Source of the DNA: Saccostrea cucullata
Lineage: Eukaryota
DNA length: 64,000 nucleotides
Reading direction: 5' to 3'
Assembly (NCBI RefSeq): GCF_032062105.1
Contig: NW_026933409.1
Location: 372,001 to 436,000, forward strand
A model generated the notes under the pieces. The model was not told the DNA's origin. It saw nothing but the letters and a program-made list of their open reading frames with translations, and made no database searches. Of this stretch, positions 23,201 to 37,300 are shown one piece after another; position 1 is the first letter of the stretch; each line of letters begins with the position of its first letter. The position numbers and the translations under genes are program-made.

Positions 23201-26200
23201 ATGGTTCAATACAACATTTGGTTTCAAAATTATTACAAAATCAACTTCATACTATGATCTTTAATAAAACAAGAAAAAATGAAAAACATCATTTTAATGA
23301 ATACACAATTGTTATATTTAAATAAAAAATACCGATTTCATGCATTCGAAAAGTGTATATGAAATGAAAAACATAAATACATACAAAATAGGATTGATAC
23401 AAGGTATACTTGTCAAAAACTGTTCCTCCTGAAGAGATGTTCATCAAATACAAAAGTTATTTATACATTGGCATATCAAATATTGCATGTTTTTAGACAA
23501 ATCCACAAGCAATTACACACATTCATTTCTCTTTTCCAAATCTACAGGTCATCTTAATTCAAACATAGTTTATTGGTAGTCATGTGTGCATAAGGAAGGT
23601 ACAGACTGAACTCTCAGTGTATGATGTCTGAATTTGGTCTTGTTGCTATAGGATGAACACACGTACCTGTGATGGAGAGGCAGACATCCAGTTCTGGTCA
23701 TCTGATGACAGGACCATCTGACAAAACCTGGCCACAATCTCAGCTGTCATAGGGAGACTGTTACTAGCCATCACCTGTACATGAAGGCACTACTGACTAC
23801 ACAGTCAAACAACACATCCTCCCACTAGTTGATACATGCACTAACAATCAGACAAATCTATTGCTCAACAACATATCCCCTTCTCATCAATAGACCACTC
23901 TAGCTTTGGCATACTGTGCCAACAGGACCTACTTTCACTGTCTGAACAAATATACTGTAGATATAAATATATACCTTATACTGTAGATCAGCTACTTGAG
24001 AGACAGCTTGTCGCAAAAAGAAATTGAACTTTTGTTGATGTTGCCTTAATTTTAATCTGTAAAAGATTAAATTTCTTCTACAATAAATATGGAAATTTAT
24101 TTAATCATATTTGAATAACTGTAGCAAAATGAGCAAAAAAAAAAAAATGTTTCTCATAAAAATCTTCTGATACTTATAAACATTTTCTCATCACTTATAT
24201 AGAAGTAACTAAGCCCAGTATCATATGAGAACATACTAAATGTAAAAGTGCTTACTTCTATTGTTTTTTTAACTCTACATTAATACACTTTATGCTTTGA
24301 TGATTTATCAGTTTTAAAAGTAATTGATTACCAATACTAGTAAAAATTGATTAATAATAGAAACAAGAGGCCCATGGGCCTTATAGGTCACCTGAGTATC
24401 ATGCGACAACTTTCCAACAATTGAATTTGATTCATGTTTTAAACTAGAGGCCATGAAATTCATAATTTTGAAAGAGGCAACCATTGCTTATCATAATTAT
24501 ACACTCAGCATGCTTATTTTGGTTACTTAATACCCAGAAGTACCAGTAGATCAGAGTAACAAAGAGAAAATGCATTTCCACTTTTAGTGAATTTCAGGGC
24601 CCCTGGGTCAGGGCTTCTTGCATTGGGGCAGGTCCACATTTGAGCTCCCCATCCCACAGGAACCACTGACCCTGGGGCCACATCTTTCAAAATTTTGGAA
24701 TTTTTTTTAAAATTTTATTTCATCATGCTGTTGATTAATACCAAAGTGCAGATTTCAAAGCATTAAATTATTTCAAACTTTTTACCTCCCTCCCCCAAAG
24801 TACCTCTGTCCCAGGGGCCAGGAAATTAACCATTTTTGGAAGAAGGAGGTTTTTTTGTCATAAATATATACTAAGATCATTGGCATCATACCAAACAACA
24901 TAGGAAAAGAATTCATGCATTTTCACTATATAAACATTAGAGCCCCACCCTAACACAAAAAGCCCTAACCCAGGGACCCTGAAATTCAAAAATCTCAAAG
25001 AGGCATCCTTCCTCCTCATAACTATGTACATAGCTCAGGTGCTGAAAAGAAGAGTTATAAAGAATTTATGCATTTTCACTATATAATCAATAAAGCCCCG
25101 CCCTAACACCAGAACCCCCCATGAAATTCACAATTTTGGAAGAGGTAGCCTTCTTCAACATAACTATGTACTTGGTTAGTTTATTTAATACTCAGGAGCA
25201 AAGAAGAAGATTTTCAAAGAAATAATTCATTTTTACTATATAACCTATATAGCCCCGCCCTAGCACTAGAACCCCTGACCCTGGGACAATAAAATTCACA
25301 ATTTGAAAAGAGGCAGTCTTATTCAACATAACTATGCACTTGGTTAATTTATTTAATGCCCACAAACAGAAAAGAAGAATTTCAAAGAATTTAGGCGTTT
25401 TCACTATATAATCTACATAGCCCCACCCTAGCACTAGAACCCCTGACCCTGGGGCCATGAAATTCACAATTTTGGAAAACACAGTCATTTTCAACTTACC
25501 TATGCACTTGGTTAGTTTATTTAATGCCCAGGAGCAGAAAAGAAGAATTTCAAAGAAATAATGCATTTTCACTATATACATGTAACCTGTTAAGCCCCGC
25601 CCTAGCACTAGAACCCCTGACCCTGGGGCCATGAAATTCACAATTTTGGAAAACACAGTCATTTTCAACTTACCTATGCACTTGGTTAGTTTATTTAATG
25701 CCCAGGAGCAGAAAAAAAGATTTTTGGTAGAGGACTCAATGCTGATTACAATCATACCAACAGTTTGACTGCTTGATGTCCAGGAGTAAAGAAGAAGATT
25801 TTTAAAGATTGCACTAATTTTAGTGGTTTTTGCCCCACCCCCCAGGCCCCAGGGGGACAGGGACCATGAAATTCAAAATTTTTGTTCCCCCTCACCCATA
25901 GATGCTATATGCCAAATTTGGTTGAAATTGGTTCTGTGGTTTCAGAGAAGAAGCTAAAAATGTTCAAATGTTAACGCACGACGAACGATGCACGACGACA
26001 GACGAAAACAGATAGCAATAGGTCACCTGAGTTTACTCAGGTGACCTAAAAATATAAACTGTAATGAAATTTGTTTCATTAGTTCCAACAACAGACTTAC
26101 TGAGGCTGATTAAAGTTCTGGGTGCTGGCAATGATAAGAGTGTCTCGGAATTGTTGAGACAGGAAGGATAACTCTGACAGCAGAGTGGAAAAGTCCATAC

Positions 26201-27351
26201 CAACCACAGACACATCATACATGACCACACAAGTTACTTCATCTATCATAATGTAAGGGAGGGTCAGCCCCACCCCAGGGCTTCTGAAGATACAGGTCAC
26301 ACCATACCTAGTTAAACAAAGACAAAACATATAACATAATACAAAATTACTTTGAAATTAGGTTTGCACAGATTTACTTCCCCTTGTCTTACATTTAAAT
26401 AAAACTTACTTAGATTCTAAAAGGTGAACCAAGCCCTCTGGTACTGTGTTAGAACACATGATTGTCATGTTCACTTTTGGAATACTTTTACCTACAAAAC
26501 AATTAAATTAGGCAGTTGACACTGATTACAAAAGACCAAAAATAACAAAACAAAGAGATTTCAATTTGGACAATTAAGATATCGTTTTCTATTTCATTGT
26601 TTTAACATGTACATACTTTGTAAGGACATTGTTGTGTTTAAAAACTAGCTCAATATTATGGGCAAAAAAATTAAACTGCAGACCAGAAGGTTACACATAA
26701 TAGATCTCCCTCCCACTTATTTTGGATATAAACAAGAGGCCCACGGGCCTTATAGGTCACCTGAGTATTGTGTAACAACTTTCAAACAATTAAATTAGAG
26801 GCCATAAAATTCACAATTTACAATTTTGAAAGAGGCACCATTGCTTATCATAATTATTAACTTAGCATGCTTACTCTATTTACTTAATACCCAGAGGTAG
26901 ATCAGAGAAAAAAAGAGAAAATGCACTTCCACTTTATAACCAGTTGTGCATCTCACCCCAAAGTAACCACTGACCCAGGGCCATATATTTCAAAATTTTG
27001 CAAATTTTATCATAAAATGGTTGATAAATACCAAAGAGCAGATTTCAAAGCATTAATTTATTTTCAGGCTATGTAACCCCCCCCCCCCCCTTTTGACCCT
27101 GGGGGCATTAAAAACCACTTTGCTAGATGCACCTTTCTTCATCATAAATATATATATACTTGGATCATTGGCTTAAAACCCAGAAGCAAAGAAAAATATT
27201 TACAAAGAGTAAATGCATTTTTACTATATAATCAATACAGCCCCGACTTAACACCAGAACCCCTGACCCGCCATAAAATTCACAATTTTGGAAGAGGCGC
27301 TCTTGCTCATCATAACTATGTGCTTAGTTAGTTAATCTGATACCCAGGAGC

Positions 27352-27385
<34 letters not shown>

Positions 27386-27519
27386 CACTATATAATCTAT
27401 AGAGCCCCACCCTAACACCAGAACTCCTGACCCTGGGGCCATAAAATTCATAATTTTGGAAGAGGCACTATTGCTCATCATAACTATGTGCTTATTTAGT
27501 GTATTTAATACCCAGGAGC

Positions 27520-27553
<34 letters not shown>

Positions 27554-27688
27554 CACTATATTATCTATAGAGCCCCGCCCTAACACCAGAACCCCTGACC
27601 CTGGGGGCCATAAAATTCACAAATCTGGAAGAGGCACTCTTGCTCATCATAACTATGTGCTTAGTTAGTTTATCTAATACCCAGGAGC

Positions 27689-27722
<34 letters not shown>

Positions 27723-28024
27723 CACTATATAATCTATAGAGCCCCGACTTAACACCAGAACCCCTGACCCTGGGGCCATAAAATTCACAGTTTTGGAAGA
27801 GGCACTCTTGCTCATCATAACTATGTGCTTATTTAGTGTATTTAATACCCAGGAGCACAGAAGAGGATTTTCAAAGAAATAATGCATTTTCACTATATTA
27901 TCTATAGAGCCCCGCCCTAACACCAGACCCCCTGACCCTGGGGCCATAAAATTCACAATTTTGGAAGAGGCACTCTTGCTCATCATAACTATGTGCTTAG
28001 TTAGTGTATTTAATACCCAGGAGC

Positions 28025-28058
<34 letters not shown>

Positions 28059-28177
28059 CACTATATAATCTACAGAACCCCGCCCTAACACCAGAAACAT
28101 AAAATTCACAAATCTGGAAGAGGCACTCTTGCTCATCATAACTATGTGCTTAGTTAGTTTATCTAATACCCAGGAGC

Positions 28178-28211
<34 letters not shown>

Positions 28212-28345
28212 CACTACATAATCTATAGAGCCCCGCCCTAACACCAGAACCCCTGACCCTGGGGCCATAAAATTCACAATTTTGGAAGAGGCACTCTTGC
28301 TCATCATAACTATGTGCTTAGTTAGTGTATTTAATACCCAGGAGC

Positions 28346-28379
<34 letters not shown>

Positions 28380-31300
28380 CACTATATTATCTATAGAGCC
28401 CTGCCCTAGCACTAGAACCCCTGACCCTGGGGCCATGAATGGTAGAGGACTCAATGCTCATTACATTCATGCCAATAGTTTGCCTGCTTGATGTCCAGGA
28501 GTAAAGAAGAAGATTTTTAAGGATTTCATTAATTTTAGTGGTTTTGGCCCCACCCCTCAGGCCCCAGGGGGGCGGGGACCATGAAATTCATAACTTTTGT
28601 TCCCCTCCACCCACAGATGCTGTATACCAAATTTGGTTGAAATTACTTCAGTGGTTTCAGAGAAGAAGCTGAAAATGTTCAAATGTTAACACACGACACA
28701 CGACGGACGACGACGGACGAAAACGGATAGCAATAGGTCACCTGAGTTACTCAGGTGACCTAAAAATGAAATCAATATTTCAGATAGAATTAGCAAAATT
28801 AAGAAGCAATGACTCAGTGTGCTTTTCTGCCAAATTTGGAAGTGAATAAACAAATGTGTCATACCTCTTTTTCTGTTCAAGTTTGAGCTTTAATGATGCA
28901 AAGCTCATGGAATAAAAAAAAACACTGAAAATCTAAATGATTCTTGTTGTCCTATGTGCAGACCCCCCCCCCCCGATCCATTGAAGAACTGATATTTTTT
29001 GTCATTAACCACTTAACATTTTAGAGCTCGATTGAACCAAATGTTCACATGAAATGCATTTTTACTTACATGCACCTGTCCTGGCAGCTATTGGGGTATA
29101 TGAGAAGTGTATGTATTTGATATTTTGTCTCTGACACAGCTGTAAGAATCTGTCTCCTTCATACTCTATAATCAGGGAGAACTGGGACCAGGGGAAGTCA
29201 GAACCAATACGATCCTGGTGTAACAACATGCAGTTACAATGGTCAAGACTGAAATTCAACAACATAGAGTTACAATGAACAAAACTGAAATTCAACAACA
29301 TACAGTTACAATGGTTTAGACGAAAATGGTTGTGCCTCAGTTGCAAATGACAATGGTTCTCTTGGGGTAAAAATTGATAATGTTACAAATTAATTTACTT
29401 CAGATTAACTATATGCTAAGGAAGCTTGAATGATTTCAAATTGAGTACCAAAAAATCATGTAGATTTTGATTTTTTTTATTTGATTTTAATTAAATGAAA
29501 ACTGATTACTCAAGTGCATAAAAATACAAAAAAAAAATTCAGAATTTGATGTCTTCAGAGGATCCCTTAATATATTATAGATCTTTATGGTACTCACTTG
29601 TCTAGTATACCCTGACAGTCCCCTGTGTTCTGCACACAAACCTTGACTTTGACCACTCTCTGTAAATTCAGCTCCAGAGTGCTAAACAAACTGTCCAAAT
29701 CTTTACTCAAAATCACCAGTATCTGAAAAACAATTCAAATTACTTGGGAACACTCTTTATCATATATTATGAAATTAATTACATTGTTGAAATCTTGACT
29801 CAAATTCACTGGGAAATGCAACAGCAAAGATCACATCATTGGATCCAAGGCTTTTTTCATGATCACAAATTATGATGTTAAACAAACAAATGAAAGCAAT
29901 ATTCCTAGATACTGATTACTTATTTAATTACATTTCCATTAATTCACCCAGTCTGATACATGTATAAATTAATGATCAATACCTTAGTGTGACTTAGTCT
30001 CTCTGTATCTTTTCCTGTCAGCTTCTTATGGACAGACAGACAGACATGGTAAATCTTAGGATGCAGGATTCTCTCCTGGTCATACCTCAGCTTCACAGAA
30101 AACAGTCTCTGTCTGAGGGTCTCTAAACAGCCTGTAATAAAGTGTATTGTCAACCATTCTCTGTGCTCAACATATTCCATGACTATACATCTCATAAAAT
30201 TGTAAAGAACTAGGACTTCTTTTTTTTTTTAAAAAAAACAAAACAAAACAGAAAAAAAAAAACGCTCATCCCACAAGGAGAATGGTAATAATATGGATAC
30301 AAAAATAACAATTAAATTGCTGTGAGGCATAATTTTCTTCATCAACTCAAATTATTTCCTGACCTTTAAGACAGTTTTTGTACTTTTCTTGTATGATAGA
30401 CAACAGTTCCAGACAGGACTCAAGACAAGCCACTCCAAGCATCTCCACAGCACAACACAGTGTATGTAATGCCAGGCAGGAACGGTACCTTTCTTCATCT
30501 GTAACAAAGAGAATGAGAGAGGTAATTCAGCTTTTTCTAGAGCTCTAAAATAACTATTCAATACTTTTTAATAATTTCTGTTTCAAACACAATAAACATC
30601 ACTATGCATGTAACTTTCAAGGTACCCACACTATTTACATGTTCTGATTATGATTGTGCTTTCAATAAAACTAATACTAGAATGACAAAGATAATGACAG
30701 TGTGGTTTCTGTGGCTGACTGGTGACCTCCTTGACTAGGTATCTTGTGGCGTCAGGGGTCAGTGAGGTGAAGGACACGGATTTGTCAAGGTCACCACTGT
30801 TCACCAAGGCCATGATGAAAAAGGAGGCATATTCAGCAATCAGATTGGCAACTTGTTCATATTCTCCTAAAAATAAGATACTGTGTTAGCACTAGTGAAC
30901 ATAAACATGAAACTAATCAATTTTTGTGTATCTAATGCATAGAAAAATCTGCTTATTAGGCCATAATAAATAAATTGCTTATTTTTAAAAACATTTATAT
31001 TTTTTATTTTTTCATTTTATTTTTTATATTCCACTTGAATAAAGTCATAGTAAAAATATTTACCATATATTACAGTAATTGCTGTCAAAATCATGTCGAC
31101 TCGCGGGATTTACGAAAGTAGAATGGTAGATGTAGTCGATCAGAATTAAGACGAAGAAAAACAGAAATAAAAAAAATTTAAAATTGGAGAGAATCTAGGA
31201 ATATTTTTATTATGGCCTTAATAAAAACATTTATAATTCACAATATTCCACTTGCATAATTTATAAGAAATATTTACCTTCTAATTGGTAATCTATACAT

Positions 31301-34300
31301 TTAGTCCTTGTTTTCGGAGGTCTGATTTTTGGACTTTTCCGTGGTACATCCTTAGGTTCACCCTCTCTCCTACTATTCTGTGTATCTACAGAGTTATTCA
31401 CTATTGCACTGGTCTGTACACTTTGACTGCTATGAGAGTCAGCCCCAGCCACCTGACAACTGTCAGCTCTCTTCACTGACTGATTACCATCAAACATTTG
31501 ATTTGAATTAATCCCATCACTTACTGGTCCCATAGTCAGCCTATCCTTTATACTCTTGTCAGATTGAGAATCTATTGGCATACTTTGTTTATGTGACACT
31601 AGTCTGTTGGTTCTATTAAGGTCAGTGTTCTGATGACTGTATTCATCAACATGCTGTATATGCTGGTTCCGAGTTTCCTTGTTTGTCACACATTTATTAT
31701 TTAGAGGCTGCGCCTTGTCCCTAGCAGTGCTGAATAGTGGAGGAGAATCCATAAAAGGATCCTGTAGCGATCTGAGTGTCCTGAACTCTTTAGGGCTGTG
31801 AGATTCAGGTATTACTGATCCGAGTGTCCTGAACTCTTTAGGGCTGTTGGATTCCAGCATTACTGATCTTACTCTGTCTGAACTCTGAGTAACAGGTGTT
31901 CCCAGTCCCACTGTGGTCCAGGCCATCGGGCCTTTACTTCTTTTAGGGATGTCAGCCACAGGTATTGCGAGTTTATCAATGTTCTGGTCTACAGATGCTA
32001 TGCATTCATCACTGCTGGAGGTAGTAAATGTTATGATTTTCTCCTCTGAACTCCTGGTCTCCTCTAGGCTTTGAGTTTCCACTGAGGAGACTTCAGTTCT
32101 GGCCTCCTGTAACTTATTCTCAGTATAAACAGATGACTGGTGTTTATCTTTTTCATTTTCATTGTTAACTTCAAAAGTTTTTTGGGGGCTTGATAATGAT
32201 AAGGAATCCATAGGCCAGTCATCTGATTTTCTGTCTTTGCTTTGTTTGTTTTTGGGGGTGCTAAAATGGTTAATATAACCCATTAGTCCACTGTGCTCTA
32301 AATGTGTCAATTTATGGTCAGCATGCTCAATAATTGAAATTTCCAAGTCTTCATGAAAATCATTCAAGGAATTTAAGGGAGATAACTCCAGTAAATCTTT
32401 CATGTAAAATTTCTCTAGGTCATCTATAATAAAAAAAAAAAGCAAAATCATGAGTTCTTTCAATTTTAGTATTCAGTTATACTTGAAACATTTATTTTCA
32501 AAAACATTACAATAAATGTTTGTACATAATCTTAGTGGTCATTATTTGGAAAATAATTTTCCCAAATCCTCGTTTTATGTGTCAATCAAAACGAGGTTTT
32601 TACCTTTCCTTTGTTTTATGATAAAAGTTTTTAATACCTATGTTTCTTTGTTTCTTCTCATTTATGTACTTGACAACTGCCTCATTCTGATCCAGTCTGT
32701 CCTCAGGTGGGGGGTGGATGTTCCATGACAGATTTAACTCCACTCTCCACCCGTTCCACTTCTGTACAGCGACTTCCCTCCACTCTCTGTGTAGTCTCTC
32801 CATGTGGAGATACTCCACACTCTCCATTACTGGCTCTGTGTCAAATAATTTATATTTCTGAGTATTATTACTAATTTCTGTTTTACATTTATCATCTTGA
32901 TTCATTAAATCAATATACTTATAACAATAAACAAGTAATGCACTAAGAACATCTAATATTTGCAAACTTAGGCCAGATAAAATTAATCTTTAGATTCTCA
33001 TCCCCGCCCGCCCCTCTCAAAATGTCCCGCCCCGGCGTTTTTTATTTTGATTTTTGGGTGTTAATAAAGGCATTTTCATGTTTTTTTATTCAGTAAGAAT
33101 TTAGGTGAAGTTTAAGAGTTATCTCCCGTCTGTATTAAAAGTCGCATGTCGCTATTTATAGCAAAAGAGCCATGTGAAGAATGGAGAAAAATCGGCAATA
33201 AAAGCAGTTTAAATATGTAAGGAAAAGATTATTTGTCAGTATAGAGAAAGCAGAGAAAAAATAATTGCATAATAAACACATCTAGATACCATCACTGCCA
33301 TTCATGAGCAAGTTTTTAAAGATTTTTTGAAACCAAGTATAAAAATAGACATGGAAAATGACACCTGGTCAAGTTTAAACAATCTTCAACGGTGTGTGAT
33401 TTTGATTTGAAAAAAAAATAAAACATCGTAGGCAGGCTTTAGAGAATGTTTAGCGTTAAGAAAATATTAAATATCAAACCTGTTCAGGCCTTGGATTTTT
33501 TGGTATGACATTTCATTAGAATATTTTATAGATTTTGTAAATATGACCTATTTTATTGTCGAACATGTCAAGTCTCAAGAACGATTCAATTTTTGAGGAA
33601 GGTGGAAATCTATGATATTTTACAGAAAACACAGGGATTTGTTGGTAAAACTAAAGGGTATTTAGGGAAAGGCCGATTAGAAGTCATGCATACAAAATTT
33701 ATTGATATCAGAACCCCACCTCATTTTGTTTTGCGTATGCCGTACGTACTGTAAATCACTTTTTATTCGCACTTTTCGCGTAATTACGCGAGACGGTATG
33801 CTCGCGAAAATTTCATTCTCGCGTATAATAGAATTCCTTAAGATTATATAAGGTACTGACCACAATTCGTGAAAATTTTGTCTCGCTGATAAAGAGTAAA
33901 TGACTGTCTCGCGAAAATAAGGTGTTGCGAAAATTAAGTGATCTACAGTATATGTGTACTTGATAATTTGTTAATTAACAATAAATATCTAATAATTTAA
34001 GCAAGAATTTTCTTTAAAATATTTAAAAGAATATGAAAAAAATGAAATCTATTCATATTGGCATTAACATAATGAAAAAATGTGTACGAAGAGTCCATGT
34101 TTTGTTAATCATGTTAATACTTACAATTTAACAATTATAAAAAATAAAAAATAAAATCCGCCCACCCGCCCCAATTTTTTAGCAAATTAGGATGAGAATC
34201 TAAAGATTAATTTTACCTGGCCTTACCAGAGAATCTACATTTTTCTATACATCTGAGGTCAAAGTTGACATCTGACTGTATCAGCTGGTGGCTCAAGGTT

Positions 34301-37300
34301 CCTCGTGAGAGTAACATAAAATCTGACCTTCTAAAAATTCATTCAAGATTTTTTTATTCTACAGCTTTTAAAAAATAAAATTAGTTAAAATGTCCTGGAA
34401 TACTTAAATGTGATTCAAGTATATGTTTAAAATGTTTTATAGGATAATAATTAAGATTTGGCTTGCACGAACAGTTTGATATACTACTTTGTAAATGGTA
34501 AAGTAGTAAGTTTTCCTATGGTGAAAAGAATGCCTACTTTACATGTGGTAGGGGTTTAATTTTTTTTTTAAAATATAGGGTACTTACTTTGGAAGTGGTA
34601 AGGGTGCAAGTTTTCCGATAGATGGAAGCATGGCACACACTGCTGTGGGTAGCAGTGGTGACTCCAGACCAATGATCTCAGTCCCAGGGCACACGATCTC
34701 TGTTAGAAAACAACATTCAACATTCTGTAGAGTTTTCAAAATAATGAATCTAACCTAAAAAAATCAAACTTCATGTTCCTTTCAATATTAAAACTCTACA
34801 TTACCTCCATCATACTCTTGGTTCAGTTCAAACTTTTCATTTGAGATCTCTCTGGAGGTATAACAGTTGTCCTGTCTGTCCACTACCAGACTCTCTAGCA
34901 TGGACTTATCATCCAACTCACTCTTTATTGTGGTAGCCTCCAAATGCTCATCTGAACAGATACAAAGTTTTTGATTATATTTTTAATACTGAAAACATAT
35001 TATTATCAGAAGAATTCTCAGTTAACCTTGGACTTTCAGTAAGGTGTGGCATTGTTAGTTCTACATAATAAGCATCTGTCAAATGGCAAATACATTCTCA
35101 TTGTTTAAGAAATTAGTAACATCAGGAACTTTAAATTGTTGTTGACAACGATGAGATGACTTAAGCCCCATCTCTTTGCCGTGCAAGATGCTGTATTGGT
35201 TAATTTCTACACTTATTGACATTTGCCGAATTTCTATCCCATGTATTTTTCAACAGTGAATGAAAACTGTGTAAATTTAAGACAGTAATTATGCAATGTC
35301 GTCAGTCGAGAATGCCACGCCTTACTGAAAGTTCAAGCTTACCTGAGAATTGTAGTGACACTTTTTCTCCACATATTCTCTGGCAAATGTAACACTGACA
35401 GAATATTTAATGAGCTTAAGATACTACCATGTCTTTATATATTTAGCAAAAAAATTTAAAAGTCAATACCATACATATATATATTTTTTTAAACCTTCAT
35501 TGAGACCCCCAAAATGCCACACTTTATTTCATTTCAAAAATTGTGGCCATTATAGTGTTTCACAAATATTTTCAAAGTCATTAGAACAATCTGTTTCTGT
35601 TTAACCTCTGGCCACTTTCTGTCTATCCCTTGTTCTAAATTAAGTCTTTGACTACATCATTCTTACCTTTGTTTGCATTCTAATCTTTTTCTATATTCTA
35701 TTTACTAACCTAAATTCCTTCTAATCTTTGTTTAAATTTTGTCTAAACTCTGTTAAACCTTGCCTATAATCAAACTTTTTCCTTTCCATATCTTCTCTAA
35801 CCTTTGTCCATCCTCTATATTTTGTCTATATTCTATCTAATCTTTGTCTATATTCTGTCTAACCTTCATCCCTCCATATTTTGTATTCATGTTTAATTTG
35901 TTCTGGCGGTATGTTTTTGTTTTGAACATATTTTATTGTATAATTTATACAATGGGATTGGTAACAAGTTCTTGCAACTTAAAAAACCTCTCCCTGAATA
36001 TGCGGTATGTATGTGCCACTTGCATTATGTCATGCTGAATATACATTATGTTAAGTTTGCTCTGTGGCTTCTGTTTGTTTTTACCTAAAGGAAGAGGAGA
36101 CAGCTGATGCAGGCTTGATATAGATATCTCCTGGTGTTCAAACTCTCCAGGTGTAACCAGTGGAGGCTCCTACAAAACATGTTCTTTCAACATATTCAAA
36201 TAATGGGTTAAAACCAAGAATATTCAATGTAAAACACTTTTCCCAGTTTCAAAAAATTACCATGATGTTTTCTTGATATAGGTCTACTTTGATGAATTGT
36301 TCTTCTGGATGTTTGTGGCTTTTGTCATGCACAGTACTAAGTTCAGGTAGATCACACCTAATTAATATAATTACAATATATCTAGTAATCTGAATTTTTA
36401 AAGATTTCATATTACCAATGATATAAGATGAAGTCACTATAAATATATCAATACATGTATGGGTACTCACCTTTCCTCCTCCCTCGGTTGCAGTAGTGGG
36501 TCCTGTAGAGGGAGGGGTTGAAGACCTTTGATAAGTGTCTTCGGTGAGTCGAGGTGTGGGGCAATAGGATCAACATCAACAATGATCTCCTCAAATAAAT
36601 CATCTGAAATTTTTTTTAAAGAAAACTTTTTTCAATATTAGTCAGTATAATTTGTGAACAGTATTTTGAATTTTCTTTGGAGTGAAAAATAAATATTTGT
36701 TTGAAGTGACGTAGTTTAAATAAAACTTATCACCAAATATAAATTGTCTCCCTTGATTTCTCCCGCTCTTCATAATAACAAACAAAAGAAAACTATTTCT
36801 ATAATGTTTCTACATTCTATAAATTCATGATGTTACTCTCACATCCCCAATTACCAGAATAATTTGACTCAGTAAGGAATTCTTCAGTGTAAGGTTCCTT
36901 AGCTCCCTCCTCCTCAGTGACTACAGTGTCTGTCAGATCAAAGTCTCCGTACCATACCAGGTCCTCATCTCCGTACAGTGTCAGGTCCTCACTGGGATAG
37001 CCCCGGTCCTCAAACTCAATCTCCTCCTCTGTCCTCTGAACATGGGGTGAGGAGGAAGTCCTCAGACTGGGCCCCTCCCTCCCATAAGGCTCCAGATGAC
37101 ATGACTTGAGAGAGTCGAGTTCTGAGAACAGGCTGTCCACCGGTGGATTAGAGTCCCCCAATAAAATGGTGGCATCTAACTTTGCTTCAGCAAAAAAATG
37201 AAACAGGAAAAATCAATTCTCTACCTTACAGAGTAACAGTTTATCAGATTAGCTACATGCAGAACTGTAAACTCTATATCAAACTGTAAAATTGGGAATT

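Noticed and set aside
25192-28454. Repetitive ORFs (187, 84 and 297 aa) with [14 protein letters not shown] repeats
   Set aside because: Translations of the 168-bp satellite units inside HINE elements, located in SHOC1 introns; no evidence of a real protein.
35600-35880. Pyrimidine-rich degenerate tctaatctttgt repeats
   Set aside because: Low-complexity intronic sequence with no defined unit or function.
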